DNA of 64,000 nt from Polyangiales bacterium (GTDB taxonomy: Bacteria > Myxococcota_A > Polyangia > Polyangiales > Houyiibacteriaceae). A model generated the notes under the pieces. It did not search any database and was not told the origin of the DNA. It worked only from the letters and a program-made list of their open reading frames with translations. Of the stretch, positions 1 through 10,059 are shown one piece after another; position 1 is the first letter of the stretch; each line of letters opens with the position of its first letter. A program made the position numbers and the translations under genes. Location: positions 1 through 64,000 of the forward strand of contig JBGCFM010000092.1 in assembly GCA_045106895.1 (NCBI GenBank). Reading direction: 5' to 3'.

Positions 1-228
1 ACGATGCGGCGGCGCGCCTCCGGTTTCGTGAACATCGCCACACCCGGAGGCTGGGCGGACGTGATCATTGGCGGCCGAAACGTCGGACGCACTCCGCTCC
101 GAACACGTTTGCCGGCGGGTCGGCGGCGCGTCGTCCTTCGACCTTTCGGCCGAGGCAGCGTACGCCGCAGCGTCACGGTGCGTCCGCGGGAAGCGACGCG
201 CCTCGTCGTTCCGGTGACGGCTCCCTAA
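1..228 (+). CDS. 3' end of a PEGA-domain protein (partial; possibly the C-terminus of a membrane Ser/Thr kinase)
   Basis: Frame is open from the window edge. GWADVIIGGRNVGRTPL..LPAGRRRVVL is a PEGA-like pattern. Confidence 0.6.
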   Translation, partial: TMRRRASGFVNIATPGGWADVIIGGRNVGRTPLRTRLPAGRRRVVLRPFGRGSVRRSVTVRPREATRLVVPVTAP

Positions 229-234
229 CGCGAC

Positions 235-1743
235 CTACGGAAGCATCACACGTGTTGCCACGGGCGTCGGCTCGCTGACGCTTCCCCCGCCAAGCTCAGC
301 GTGGGCGTTGTTTCCCCAACAGAAGGCGCCGCCGTCAGAGTCCAGTGCGCACATATGGCGTTGGCCGCCGAACACCCCACGCCACTCTGTTTCGGCGTGC
401 GTTCGGAGCGGACTCAACGCCCCTGGCAGCTCCGCCATGTCCGCTTGACCAAGCTGCTGGGACGCATTCAGTCCCCAGCACCAAAGCGAGCCATCTTGTT
501 TGAGCGCGCAGGCCGTTCGCGCGCCCGCAGCCAGCGCCGTCCATCCATCCTCGGCGTGCTCCAACGGTAGAGGTTGCGCCGCGCCGTCGACGCTCCCGAC
601 TCCTAGAGCTCCGTTCTGAGAGTACCCCCAGCACCACAATGTCGTGTCGTGCCGGATGGCGCAGGTAAAGTCGCCGCCCACATGTACTTGCGCCCATGGG
701 CCTACGGGCTGGCTTAGCTGCGTTGGCTCGTCGCGATCCACCAAGTCGCCCACGCCTAGTTGGCCTCTGTGGTTATCGCCCCAGCACCAGAGCGACCCGT
801 CCATGCGAATCGCACACGTGTGGCCCGCGCCGTCGAAACCGCCCGCGCTGACTTGCGTCCAGCCATCGGAGATTCGGTTAGGAACAAGGAGGTCCTCAGT
901 TTGGGCGCCGGCCCCGAGCTGCGTACAGCACTGGCCCCAGCAGTAGAGACTTGAGTCCTCCGCGATGGCGCAAGTGTGTTCGTAGCCCGTGCTCACACTT
1001 GTGAAACGAATATCGGCGGCAACCGGGGTCAGGCTTGATCGCGGCGATCGGTCCCCGACCCCTACTGCGCCGGCCTCGTTTAGCCCAGCGCATTGCAGGT
1101 CCCCCGCCTCGGTGATCGCGCAGGTGTTTCGAAAGCCAAGGTCTACGGCGACGAAACGTTCCGTGCCCACGACGGTTGGAGCCAGAACATTCGGCCTCTC
1201 GCTTAGGCTGAGTTGCCCCTGGTCGTTCGAGCCCCAACAGGAGAGCGCTCCCTGCTCTGACACGCTGCAGGACTCTCCTTCGCCGAGCCCCATCGTGCGG
1301 ATGGCGCCTGGCTCGGGTTCTTCGTCGCAGCGGCCATCCTCGCAAGTTCGTGCTCCACACACGTAGGTCGAATCCGTGTTCGTGAGCTCGATCAGGACGT
1401 CGTCTGTCCGGGGCAGGTCGACCTCCACGCACCCCATCGCGAAGCGCTGGCATGTAGCGTCCGTCGCGCGAACACGTATTCCGTAGCGACCGTCCGGCAG
1501 ATCCGAGGCTTCCGGCGTCGTGTCGCGGTCCAAGGTCCACCCGTAGATGCTCTCCGTGCCCTCGCATCCGCCGGCGAGAGCGTCGAGTTGCACGACGCGG
1601 GCGCGTGCTTGAGAGGCCTCATCTTCAAAGGCAACGCGGAACGAGACCAAAGAGTCGCCACATCCGGCGACGACCAACCACGCAAAGACGGCGATGAGGC
1701 GGAACGCGATTCGAGAGTCGTTTTGTTCCAACGGAGGCAGCAT
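235..1743 (-). CDS. RCC1-repeat (beta-propeller) lipoprotein
   Basis: Repeated HTCAI..DGSLWCWGxNxxGQLGxG motifs and a lipobox VVAGC. Start uncertain (1764 or 1743). Confidence 0.85.
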   Translation of the reverse strand: MLPPLEQNDSRIAFRLIAVFAWLVVAGCGDSLVSFRVAFEDEASQARARVVQLDALAGGCEGTESIYGWTLDRDTTPEASDLPDGRYGIRVRATDATCQRFAMGCVEVDLPRTDDVLIELTNTDSTYVCGARTCEDGRCDEEPEPGAIRTMGLGEGESCSVSEQGALSCWGSNDQGQLSLSERPNVLAPTVVGTERFVAVDLGFRNTCAITEAGDLQCAGLNEAGAVGVGDRSPRSSLTPVAADIRFTSVSTGYEHTCAIAEDSSLYCWGQCCTQLGAGAQTEDLLVPNRISDGWTQVSAGGFDGAGHTCAIRMDGSLWCWGDNHRGQLGVGDLVDRDEPTQLSQPVGPWAQVHVGGDFTCAIRHDTTLWCWGYSQNGALGVGSVDGAAQPLPLEHAEDGWTALAAGARTACALKQDGSLWCWGLNASQQLGQADMAELPGALSPLRTHAETEWRGVFGGQRHMCALDSDGGAFCWGNNAHAELGGGSVSEPTPVATRVMLP

Positions 1744-1818
1744 CGTCCGCGTAGTAGAGCACATCTGTCATCGACGCACGGCCACGTCAGCAGACGCCCG
1801 GCTCCACCTAGGCGCCCG

Positions 1819-3174
1819 CTAGCCGGGAAAATGCCGCTTGAGATCGAACTTCTGAATCTTGTGGGCGAGCGTACGAATCGGGATTTCAAGGCGGCGCGCC
1901 GCCTCTGTCTGATTCCAGTTCGCTTCACGCAAGGCCTCGAGAATGAGTTCGGCCTCGTAGCGGCGAACCTGGTCTTTTAGCTTCAGGTCAGAGTCAAGAA
2001 GCGGCGCTTTGGGCGAGGAGTGCGCGGACGACGCGGACGGAGCGTCACGAAGCGAGCCCGCGATGTCAGAAAGCTCGATCTCGGCTCCCCGCGTCATGAT
2101 GGCGGCGCGCTCGACGACATTGCGCAGCTCGCGAATATTGCCCGGCCAAGCCGCCCGCCCCAGCGCCTGCATCGCTTCGGCGCTGAATCCGGTGATCGAA
2201 GTCTTATGCTTCTTCTGCGCCACGGTCAGGAAGTGCTTTGCCAAGACGGGAATCTCCTGGCGGCGCAGCCGCAGCGGCGGGATTGAGAAATGAACGGTGT
2301 TGAGCCGATAGAGCAGGTCCGTCCGAAAGGAGCCGTCCTCACACATCGCGGCCAGGTCGCGGCTCGTCGCACTCAACACACGCACATCCACGCGGAGCTC
2401 TTGTTGCGACCCAACGCGTGTGAATGTCCCGGTCTCCAGCACGCGCAGCAGCGAAACTTGCGCCTCCATAGGAAGCTCGCCCACCTCGTCGAGGAACACG
2501 GTTCCGCCGTCGGCCTGCTCGAAGATCCCGGACACACGCCGCTCCGCGCCGGTGAAGGCCCCGCGTTCGTGCCCAAAGAGCTGGCTCTGAATCAACGAAC
2601 TTGTCACCGCGCCGCAGTTGATGGCGAGCATCGGCTGCTCGCCGCGAGATGAGGCCTTGTGCATCAGGCGAGCCAGAACATCCTTGCCCACACCGGTTTC
2701 GCCGGTGAGCAAGACGCTAACGTCGGCGCTCGCCACGCGCATCGCCTCGTCGTGGAGTTCCTTCATCGCTGGACTGGAGACCACAACATCCGAAGGCGGC
2801 GCCATCGAGGTCGCCGCCGTTGGCGCATGCACGCACGCCGTGACGGAACCCAAAAGGACCTCGTCGCCAACCGCGAGTAAGGCGTCTTCGATTCGTTCAC
2901 CTCCGCTGAAGGTGCCGTTCGTCGAGCCCATATCAAAAACCCGAACGCCCGCAGCCTCCCAGACGAAACGGGCGTGCTGGCGTGAGAGCTCTGCATCCTC
3001 GATCACGACGTCCGAAGGAGGTTTGCGGCCCACGACCAGCGGAACGCCACGCACAAGCTGCAAAACCCGGGGCGCCCCCTCATGGTAGAGCAGGAGCGAG
3101 AGTCGACTCGACGCGGCCGGTGGGCGACCGCCGCTCCGTTTGGTTTTCTCGGGTGAATGGGTCAACGCCGTCAT
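1819..3174 (-). CDS. FHA-domain sigma-54-dependent transcriptional activator
   Basis: FHA (VGR..SRQHA..DMGSTNGT), Walker A GETGVGKD, GAFTGA loop, FLDEVGE, WPGNIREL and a C-terminal Fis-type HTH. Confidence 0.93.
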   Translation of the reverse strand: MTALTHSPEKTKRSGGRPPAASSRLSLLLYHEGAPRVLQLVRGVPLVVGRKPPSDVVIEDAELSRQHARFVWEAAGVRVFDMGSTNGTFSGGERIEDALLAVGDEVLLGSVTACVHAPTAATSMAPPSDVVVSSPAMKELHDEAMRVASADVSVLLTGETGVGKDVLARLMHKASSRGEQPMLAINCGAVTSSLIQSQLFGHERGAFTGAERRVSGIFEQADGGTVFLDEVGELPMEAQVSLLRVLETGTFTRVGSQQELRVDVRVLSATSRDLAAMCEDGSFRTDLLYRLNTVHFSIPPLRLRRQEIPVLAKHFLTVAQKKHKTSITGFSAEAMQALGRAAWPGNIRELRNVVERAAIMTRGAEIELSDIAGSLRDAPSASSAHSSPKAPLLDSDLKLKDQVRRYEAELILEALREANWNQTEAARRLEIPIRTLAHKIQKFDLKRHFPG

Positions 3175-3294
3175 CCTAGCACTGGGTGGCCGCTTTGTGG
3201 CGGCGGGCTGGTCCTAGCGGTTTGCCTGCCCAGCCTGAGGTCATCTACGCCTCAGGTTCGACAGTCAGCAAACGCAAAGGTACGATGCACCAAG

Positions 3295-4848
3295 ATGAGG
3301 CGCGCGTTTCGGTCTAACCCTCCCCCACCTCTCGATGATGAGCTGACCAAGTTCACCGAGCTACAGCGCACCTTGCGTGAGCGTTGGGAACTCCTTCCAA
3401 CCTTGGATCAAGGCCCCCGCGACGTCGTCATCATCCCGTCGCTCTCCCTGGATGGCCTCGCGATGACCAATATCGCCGGCGTCTCCCACTACGAGGAGCG
3501 AATGCTCTTCGCGCTCTCGCTCTTGCGTCACCCGCGCGCGCGTCTCGTCTACGTGACCAGCGAACCACTTCACCCGGCCACCGTCGACTACCACATGTCG
3601 CTGCTTCAAGGCATCCCGACAGCGCACGCACGAGGTCGACTCACGCTCCTCTCCACGTACGACACGTCGTCACGACCCCTCACCGAGAAGATCCTCGAGC
3701 GACCACGGCTCATCGAGCGAATCCGACGGGCCATCGAACCTTCGCGGGCGCACATGACGTGCTTCACGTCCAGCGCCCTGGAACGCACGCTGGCGGTGCA
3801 ACTGGGCGTGCCCCTCTACGGCCTCGATCCGGGCCTTCTGCACTTGGGCACCAAAGGCGGTTCGCGTGCGTGCTTCAAAGAAGCGGGCATTCGGCACCCT
3901 GAGGGAATCGAGGATATCAACAGCACAAGTGATATCCCCCGAGCCATCGCAGAGCTCTGGGAAGAGGTCCCGTCCACTCGGCGCATGGTCGTCAAGCACG
4001 CGCAGGGATTCAGCGGCGAAGGTAACGCCGTCGTCAATCTTGCGCCCCTCGCCGACATCGCTCCAGGAAGCGGAGACCATGCAACGCGCGTGAGCCGCAT
4101 CGAAGAACACCTCGCGACGATGCGCTGCAACGGGTCGTTTCCGACGTGGCAAGACTTTGGGACGGAGTTCGACCGCCAAGGGGGCGGCGTCGTTGAAGTC
4201 TTCATCGAGGGAAAACGAAAGACCTCACCGAGCGGCCAGATCAGCATCACGCCCAGCGGCGAGCTGCAGTGCATCTCCACCCACGATCAACTCGTCGGAG
4301 GCCCCGACGGTCAAAACTACGAAGGCTGCCGCTTCCCTGCGGCAGAACTCTACCGAATGGCCATCCAAGACGACGCGATGGCCGTGGGTTCCATCCTGCA
4401 GAAGCGCGGCGTCATTGGCCGCGCCGCCGTGGACTTCGTCGCCGTCGAGCGCGGGCCCGGAGACTGGGAACACTACGCCATCGAAATCAACCTGCGCATG
4501 AGCGGCACCACACACCCTCTGATGATTCTGCGCATGCTCAACGGCGGGAAGTTCGACACCGAGACCGGCCGCTTCGTCACGGGTCGAGGCGAGCCACGTT
4601 GCTACGTCTCCAGCGACACCATTCAGTCTGAACAGTACCGCGGACTTCTCGTGGACGACCTCCTCGACATCGCCGCCGTCCATGAACTTCACTACCGACC
4701 TTGGACCGACACCGGCGTCGTATTCCATCTGATGGGTGCACTCTCCGAGTTCGGCAAAGTGGGCATCACCGCCATCGGCCGGACGCATAAAGAAGCCCGA
4801 CAGTTCTTCGACGCGACGCGACGCGTCCTCGACGCAGAGACCGCCTAA
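3295..4848 (+). CDS. ATP-grasp protein, peptide ligase PGM1-related family
   Basis: VVIIPSLSL..HYEERMLF, GTKGGSR, GFSGEGNA, STHDQ, YEGCRFPA and AIEINLRMSGTTHP. ATG at 3295 chosen inside the longer ORF. Confidence 0.8.
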   Translation: MRRAFRSNPPPPLDDELTKFTELQRTLRERWELLPTLDQGPRDVVIIPSLSLDGLAMTNIAGVSHYEERMLFALSLLRHPRARLVYVTSEPLHPATVDYHMSLLQGIPTAHARGRLTLLSTYDTSSRPLTEKILERPRLIERIRRAIEPSRAHMTCFTSSALERTLAVQLGVPLYGLDPGLLHLGTKGGSRACFKEAGIRHPEGIEDINSTSDIPRAIAELWEEVPSTRRMVVKHAQGFSGEGNAVVNLAPLADIAPGSGDHATRVSRIEEHLATMRCNGSFPTWQDFGTEFDRQGGGVVEVFIEGKRKTSPSGQISITPSGELQCISTHDQLVGGPDGQNYEGCRFPAAELYRMAIQDDAMAVGSILQKRGVIGRAAVDFVAVERGPGDWEHYAIEINLRMSGTTHPLMILRMLNGGKFDTETGRFVTGRGEPRCYVSSDTIQSEQYRGLLVDDLLDIAAVHELHYRPWTDTGVVFHLMGALSEFGKVGITAIGRTHKEARQFFDATRRVLDAETA

Positions 4849-6245
4849 CGAACGCGCATTCGGCCCGGAAGGAGTTCGTCTTGCTGGTAGCGGTCGAACC
4901 ACTGCGCCAGACCATCGGCGCAACGCTCTGACCACTCGCCGTATGCGCCCGTCGCAGCCGCGCTCTCCATGCAGTGCTCAAAGTGCCGCGTTGCCGGTTC
5001 CACAAGGCGGCGCTGGAGCGCGAGGTTGTCTTCCAGGTTGCGGCTTGGCACCACAAAACGACCTTCGTCCACCCGAACCTCACTGGGGAGCGCACGGAGA
5101 AGGTCCGTGCGCAGCTGCGCGTAGAGCTGACCTCGCCGCGCCGCCGCGGCGACGCTTCTTGAACTCAGCCCGAGTTCGTCGACGCGAGAGAGCGCAGCCT
5201 CGGCTCGTCCGATCAACGCCATCCGGCGCTCAAGCCACGGCCGCAGCCTGCGCGTCATCCAGCGTGCGACCCGTGGAGCATCTGGAGGCCCAACAAACTC
5301 CGGCGCCTTCCTGCGCGTCGCCACGTAATAGAGTCGGTTCGCTTGGACGAAGCGAGCTTCCGCGAGTGCCTCACGTGTACGTGCGAGCTCCGCAACCCAG
5401 GCTGCATCGCCAAGCCCGGGCGAGCGCGCCATGAGACCACCGCCCGCACGCCGCCACGTTCGTTCCGCACGTCGATACGCGCGACGCGCCTCGCTCCGGT
5501 CTCGATCCCAGAGCGTTGTACCGAGGCGTACTTCGGACTGAATCCGCTCCGCCGGCGGGAGCCGACGGGCCTGAAGAGCAACCAGGTGTGTGTGCTCACC
5601 GAGCGCAGCGGCCTCGAGTTGAACGCGCGTGGTGGCGCGGGGATGCGACGCCCCAAAGAGCTCCACGAAGCGTTCGACCGCCGCCAATGCGCGAGCATCC
5701 TGGCCGAGAGCTCTCCGGTAGACGATAGCGTTCTCCAAGCTCGCCGCCGCTTCCGGAGCCGCGACACCTTCACCAGGCTGCAGCGCGAACGCCTCGAAGT
5801 AATCGGCAGCAGCGCCGAAATCGCCTCCTCGCTGTCGCTCGATGCCGAGAAGGTACAGCGTGTCTCCGCGTGCGCCTGGGTTCCCGAAGTTGTCGAGGTC
5901 GCGGAGCCGCTCGTCGATGAGGGCGGCGATCATCCCGTCGGTTCCAACCAGCCCCTGCACATAAGCGCGAGCGGGCGGCACATAGAGGAATGGCGCCGGT
6001 GAGACCGAAGGCTCTTGGAGCGTCGCTGGGACAAACGTCGGCAGCGGGTCCTCGTCTGGCACCGACGCGTGCGCGGCCGGCGGGTCCAAAGGCGGAATCT
6101 GAGGCGGCCACTCGGGCAACGAGCCTTCCGGGGGGCCATGGAGCGGCAGGCGCAAAAACGCGGCGACGCCCAGAACGAAGGCGAGCGCTTGGACCGAGCG
6201 ACGAGCGATGAGCGCCCCGCCTGTCCTCTTTGGCGTCGCCCTCAT
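4845..6245 (-). CDS. Membrane-anchored TPR-like helical protein
   Basis: N-terminal hydrophobic segment, Pro-rich linker, TPR-like helices (AADYFEAF, SLENAIVYRRALG) and a C-terminal Cys pair. Confidence 0.6.
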   Translation of the reverse strand: MRATPKRTGGALIARRSVQALAFVLGVAAFLRLPLHGPPEGSLPEWPPQIPPLDPPAAHASVPDEDPLPTFVPATLQEPSVSPAPFLYVPPARAYVQGLVGTDGMIAALIDERLRDLDNFGNPGARGDTLYLLGIERQRGGDFGAAADYFEAFALQPGEGVAAPEAAASLENAIVYRRALGQDARALAAVERFVELFGASHPRATTRVQLEAAALGEHTHLVALQARRLPPAERIQSEVRLGTTLWDRDRSEARRAYRRAERTWRRAGGGLMARSPGLGDAAWVAELARTREALAEARFVQANRLYYVATRRKAPEFVGPPDAPRVARWMTRRLRPWLERRMALIGRAEAALSRVDELGLSSRSVAAAARRGQLYAQLRTDLLRALPSEVRVDEGRFVVPSRNLEDNLALQRRLVEPATRHFEHCMESAAATGAYGEWSERCADGLAQWFDRYQQDELLPGRMRVR

Positions 6246-6311
6246 GTCCTAAAGATGCCAGACGCAGCGCGCGGCCTCAACCAGCGCGCCGAATCAGCTC
6301 GTTCCGTGCGC

Positions 6312-7586
6312 TCAGATCAGCAAGGAGTCGCAACCGAACTGAACGCCGATCTCTGCGGTGCCAGACTCGCGAAGCTGAAGCTGTGCGTCGTCGCAGCTCG
6401 ATGGGCAGAGGATCACCTGGGAGGGAGCGTCCTCGTTGTCGTAGTACCACCCGCCCTCCGCACAGTCCGCGGCGCTTGGCACCTTTGCGTAGCTCGTGGT
6501 GTCGCTGTCAGCGCTAAGCACGACATTCACCTTCGCGGGGTCGAGGATCATGCCGTCAGGCGGCGTCGGCAACGCGATCTCGCAGCTGAGTCGAGCGGTC
6601 TCGGCGACGCGGGTGGCGATGGCCTCGAAGAAAGCATCCCAGGCGGAGGACATCGACTGCTGGCAAATCTGAGCGCGAACGCCGCCGGTTCGCGTGACAA
6701 GCGCGGTGTAGGTCGTGCCGGAGTTGGGCGGCGAGCTTCCGTCCGGATACATGCAGGTGGCTTCTTCGTCCGCCTCGCTGCCCCATCCATAAATGGCATT
6801 GAAAGTGTACCCCTCAAAGAGGTCCCCGTAGGTGGGCGTCAAGAAGCCCGGCCCCAAGTCGTTGCTGTTGAAGGGGTTGCCTCCGCCGGGGAAGACCTCC
6901 AAGGAGGTCGTGGTGAGGGCAGCGTCACCCCCCTGACAGTTCACCCCGCTGTTGTGGGGGCGCGCGCAGGTTCGGGAGTTGTCGTCGGTCGCGACGACGA
7001 CGGTCTTTGTGGCGTCCGGACGGAGCAGGTCGAGCCACGGCTCGGAGCCTCGGTCTCCGTCCTCGGTGCGGTATCCCGCCGTCTGACCCAAGGTTCCAAG
7101 GATCTGCTCGATGGGCTGCGTCGACCGTATGTCCACGCTCACGTGAAAGAAGCGTTCGCCGTCCCCGCAGTCTCCGTCGCCGGCAAGCGGCGGGGGAATG
7201 CAGATGGGGTAGCGGGTCGAGGCGCTCGTCCCGCGCAACGAGAGCATAATGACGCGGTAGTCCAGTCCGCTAGCGGCCACCCGTCGCGCGAAGTCGTTCA
7301 ACCCGGCTTGTACATTCGTGATCGCCGGCTCCATGCTCGTCGAGTTGTCGACGACCCAGATGATGTCGACGGGTCGGTTGTCGACTTCCGCTTCCACCTG
7401 GACGGCAGCACACGTCGCGTCAAAGAGCGATGGAACGTCCGGGAGTCCTACGTCCATCCGCTCATCGCCGGCGTCCGCCGAATCGGCAGCGGCATCGAGC
7501 GGCCCCGTATCGCGTCGCGGTCGGCGGTCGTCGTCGCCACAAGCACCAACGATCAAACCGAGCGACAGAAGCAGGCAAGCACGCAT
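6312..7586 (-). CDS. VWA-domain lipoprotein (myxobacterial type)
   Basis: Lipobox IVGAC, MIDAS-like VDIIWVVDNSTSM, VVATDD and a Cys-rich C-terminus (GWYYD..LCPSSC..FGC). Confidence 0.8.
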   Translation of the reverse strand: MRACLLLSLGLIVGACGDDDRRPRRDTGPLDAAADSADAGDERMDVGLPDVPSLFDATCAAVQVEAEVDNRPVDIIWVVDNSTSMEPAITNVQAGLNDFARRVAASGLDYRVIMLSLRGTSASTRYPICIPPPLAGDGDCGDGERFFHVSVDIRSTQPIEQILGTLGQTAGYRTEDGDRGSEPWLDLLRPDATKTVVVATDDNSRTCARPHNSGVNCQGGDAALTTTSLEVFPGGGNPFNSNDLGPGFLTPTYGDLFEGYTFNAIYGWGSEADEEATCMYPDGSSPPNSGTTYTALVTRTGGVRAQICQQSMSSAWDAFFEAIATRVAETARLSCEIALPTPPDGMILDPAKVNVVLSADSDTTSYAKVPSAADCAEGGWYYDNEDAPSQVILCPSSCDDAQLQLRESGTAEIGVQFGCDSLLI

Positions 7587-7646
7587 AGGAGCGGAAGATA
7601 CCACCCGAGCCCAGGCGATGCATCCTCTTCGCCAGCACCGGCGTTC

Positions 7647-8213
7647 TTAGGGACGTGGGACGAAATGTGTGCGCGGGCCCTCGTCCTCAAGGGTAAAAAA
7701 GCTCGGCGTGGGAACCTTCGCCGGCCCGAGCTGCAAGAACGACCATCCCAGAAGGAGCCGTGAGCTGTCCCCATCGACGGCGACGATCGGGTCTCGAAGC
7801 ATGCTGATCGGGTCGAGCCCATTGCCACCCAGTCCGTAGTCGAGCATCAACGCCCGAGGTAGAAAAAGTGAGCGGCCGCGGTAGCGCGCGCGGTCATCTT
7901 GCGTCGTCGCCCGGACTTGAAAGTGGCCAAAGGTTCGTGGTTCGCCGCCTCGCGTCTTCGGCCTCGAAGGCGCGTCGACTCCGTCTTGCTCAAGCCGAAC
8001 ATTCCATCCTCGCAGGCCGTCAGAGTCGTTCACAAAGACCTTCTGAAATGTCTTCCACGTGATCTTCTCGATGGCTCCTGGAAGCCCAAGGCTGACGCCA
8101 CGAAACGTTCGGTCCTCGATAGCGGCCCGGTCCACGGGATGCCCTGCTTCTAACAAGTCGAGGAGGGCATCGGCGTCGAGGGCCCAGAGCTCTTTGGCGG
8201 AGGGAGTCGTCAT
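7647..8213 (-). CDS. Hypothetical protein
   Basis: ATG at 8213 overlaps the upstream gene's stop. Globular composition in a co-directional run. Confidence 0.65.
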   Translation of the reverse strand: MTTPSAKELWALDADALLDLLEAGHPVDRAAIEDRTFRGVSLGLPGAIEKITWKTFQKVFVNDSDGLRGWNVRLEQDGVDAPSRPKTRGGEPRTFGHFQVRATTQDDRARYRGRSLFLPRALMLDYGLGGNGLDPISMLRDPIVAVDGDSSRLLLGWSFLQLGPAKVPTPSFFTLEDEGPRTHFVPRP

Positions 8214-9001
8214 GGGCGGTCCACGAAATGGGGTGCGGGGTCGCGGGCCCAGCCACGCTGACGCCACTCGAAGTGAAGATGAGGTGCCCATGCGAAACCT
8301 GTTTCGCCGACACGCGCAATGGGTTGACCTCGCTCCACAAACTCCCCTGCGGCGACCAAGGTCTCCACACAGTGAGCGTAGAAGGTGGTGTACCCGTCGG
8401 GGTGAAGGAGAAGCACCGAGTTGCCGTAGCCGGTGACCTCGTTGTCACTGTACGCGACGAGGCCTCCCTGCGCCGCGACGATGGTGGCCCCTTCTGGCGA
8501 TCCGATGTCGACGCCTTTGTGCCGGCGAGCTCTCAACGAACCGCGCCGAACTCGGCCGAACCCGCGACCCATTCGACCCCCCGGCAGAGGGAACGTCAGA
8601 CCGCGCTCGTCGTCGCGCCCGGCGGCGGCGGCGATCCACTCGGGAAACGGTCGCTTGTGAAGTAGCCAGCGCGCTGTCTCTCGGCGTCCGAGACCCAAGC
8701 GGTCCGCGCGTTCCGCCGCCTCCGGCGTCGCGATCGCGACGCGTCGCTCACCCTGGCAGTGCTGGATGTACCCGCCTTGGGTTCGGCACTGAGGCGGCAT
8801 GCGACGACGCCAACGCTCCGGACGAAGCTTGTACGCGTTCGTGTCCGCAGAAAACCACCGGGCCGGCAAGCGCTCCTCCAGAACAAGGCGCAACTCGGAC
8901 TCTGGGACGACGGTGTCCCCGCCGGACTCCTCTTGAGCGAGCGCGCCGGCCCAGCACATTGCAGCGCTCATCAGCGAGAGGGCCATGACACGAGTCAGCA
9001 C
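8210..9001 (-). CDS. M23 family metallopeptidase, secreted
   Basis: Signal peptide, HKGVD (HxxxD), GYGN, TFYAH and PHLHFE (HxH). Confidence 0.9.
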   Translation of the reverse strand: MLTRVMALSLMSAAMCWAGALAQEESGGDTVVPESELRLVLEERLPARWFSADTNAYKLRPERWRRRMPPQCRTQGGYIQHCQGERRVAIATPEAAERADRLGLGRRETARWLLHKRPFPEWIAAAAGRDDERGLTFPLPGGRMGRGFGRVRRGSLRARRHKGVDIGSPEGATIVAAQGGLVAYSDNEVTGYGNSVLLLHPDGYTTFYAHCVETLVAAGEFVERGQPIARVGETGFAWAPHLHFEWRQRGWARDPAPHFVDRP

Positions 9002-9084
9002 GCCGCGGAGGGTACGTCAGCCGCCGCGACGCGGCCAGGGCACGGACGTGGTCCACAGGGCGCGGGCCGCAAAAGGCACGCGAT

Positions 9085-9576
9085 CTACCGAGAAAGAGCC
9101 GCGCTCACGCCTGGAAAACGAGTCGTCAGTTCTGAGTTCTGAATCGGCTCGCCGCGAGGCTTCGCAAAAAGATTGAGCGTCGCCGTCGGCAGCTCAGAGC
9201 CGGCTTTGCCTTCGTACGCCTCACGTCCAGCGTGGCAAAAGTCGGGGGCTTCCGCGCCATCGAAGATGAACTCGGCCAACGAGTCAGCGTCCGCAGCCGC
9301 AGCGAGCGACGGGCTGCGCCCCAAGGAGACGATCCATGCTCGGAAGCCCAGAAATGCTTCTTCCCCGTCGTGGCCCGCCAAGCTCGCGACGCCCCAGAGC
9401 TCCCACGAATAGAGCAGCTGCATCTGTTGCCAGAACCAATGGTCGAAGGCTGCGATGTCGGCGAGAGTGAGTTGCGCCAACGTTGCCTTTAAGAGTTCCG
9501 CCTGCCCCGCTGGGGTGGCGGCGGCCCGTGATTTCTCAACGTATGACCAGTGAAGTTCGTCGAGCTCCTCGTCCAT
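9085..9576 (-). CDS. DUF4240-like protein
   Basis: LYSWELWGVASL..EEAFLGFRAWIVSLGR resembles the DUF4240 pattern. Confidence 0.7.
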   Translation of the reverse strand: MDEELDELHWSYVEKSRAAATPAGQAELLKATLAQLTLADIAAFDHWFWQQMQLLYSWELWGVASLAGHDGEEAFLGFRAWIVSLGRSPSLAAAADADSLAEFIFDGAEAPDFCHAGREAYEGKAGSELPTATLNLFAKPRGEPIQNSELTTRFPGVSAALSR

Positions 9577-9660
9577 GCGGGGAGTGTCCTTGGCTGGCGC
9601 TTCAAACGCAACGTTTCGGTGACGAGGGAATTTTCCGCACCCCCCGACGTAGCAACAGCC

Positions 9661-10050
9661 ATGCGCCACCCCATCGGACTACGAATCGCCAACATCTTCC
9701 TGGCAGGGGCGAGCGTCGGCGGCGTGGTGGCGGCGGTCCACTATTGGATTCAGCCGTTGAGCGGCGGACCGGAATCCGGGGTTCTTGCTACCCTCGCCTG
9801 CCTCATCTCCCTCTCGCTCCTTGCCGTGGCGGCGATTGCCAGCTTCCTCGCCTTCCGTGGAAGCGAAGGAACGCGCCTTATTCAGACCGCTCTTTCGCTC
9901 TGTCTTCTTCTGACATTCCCCATCGGGACGATGTACTCGCTCTACACCCTCTGGGCGTGCTGGAGCGGCCAAGCCAAAAAGAAACAAGCGCAGCTTGCTT
10001 GGCCCGATTCGGCGGCAGCCAACCAGACCTTTCGTTTCGTTCCTCGCTAA
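9661..10050 (+). CDS. Small integral membrane protein
   Basis: Three to four hydrophobic segments (LLTFPIGTMYSLYTLW). Confidence 0.55.
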   Translation: MRHPIGLRIANIFLAGASVGGVVAAVHYWIQPLSGGPESGVLATLACLISLSLLAVAAIASFLAFRGSEGTRLIQTALSLCLLLTFPIGTMYSLYTLWACWSGQAKKKQAQLAWPDSAAANQTFRFVPR

Positions 10051-10059
10051 CCAACCCGC

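Noticed and set aside
6015..7763. 582-aa plus-strand ORF
   Set aside because: Antisense shadow of the VWA lipoprotein; no motifs, and expected from high-GC codon bias.
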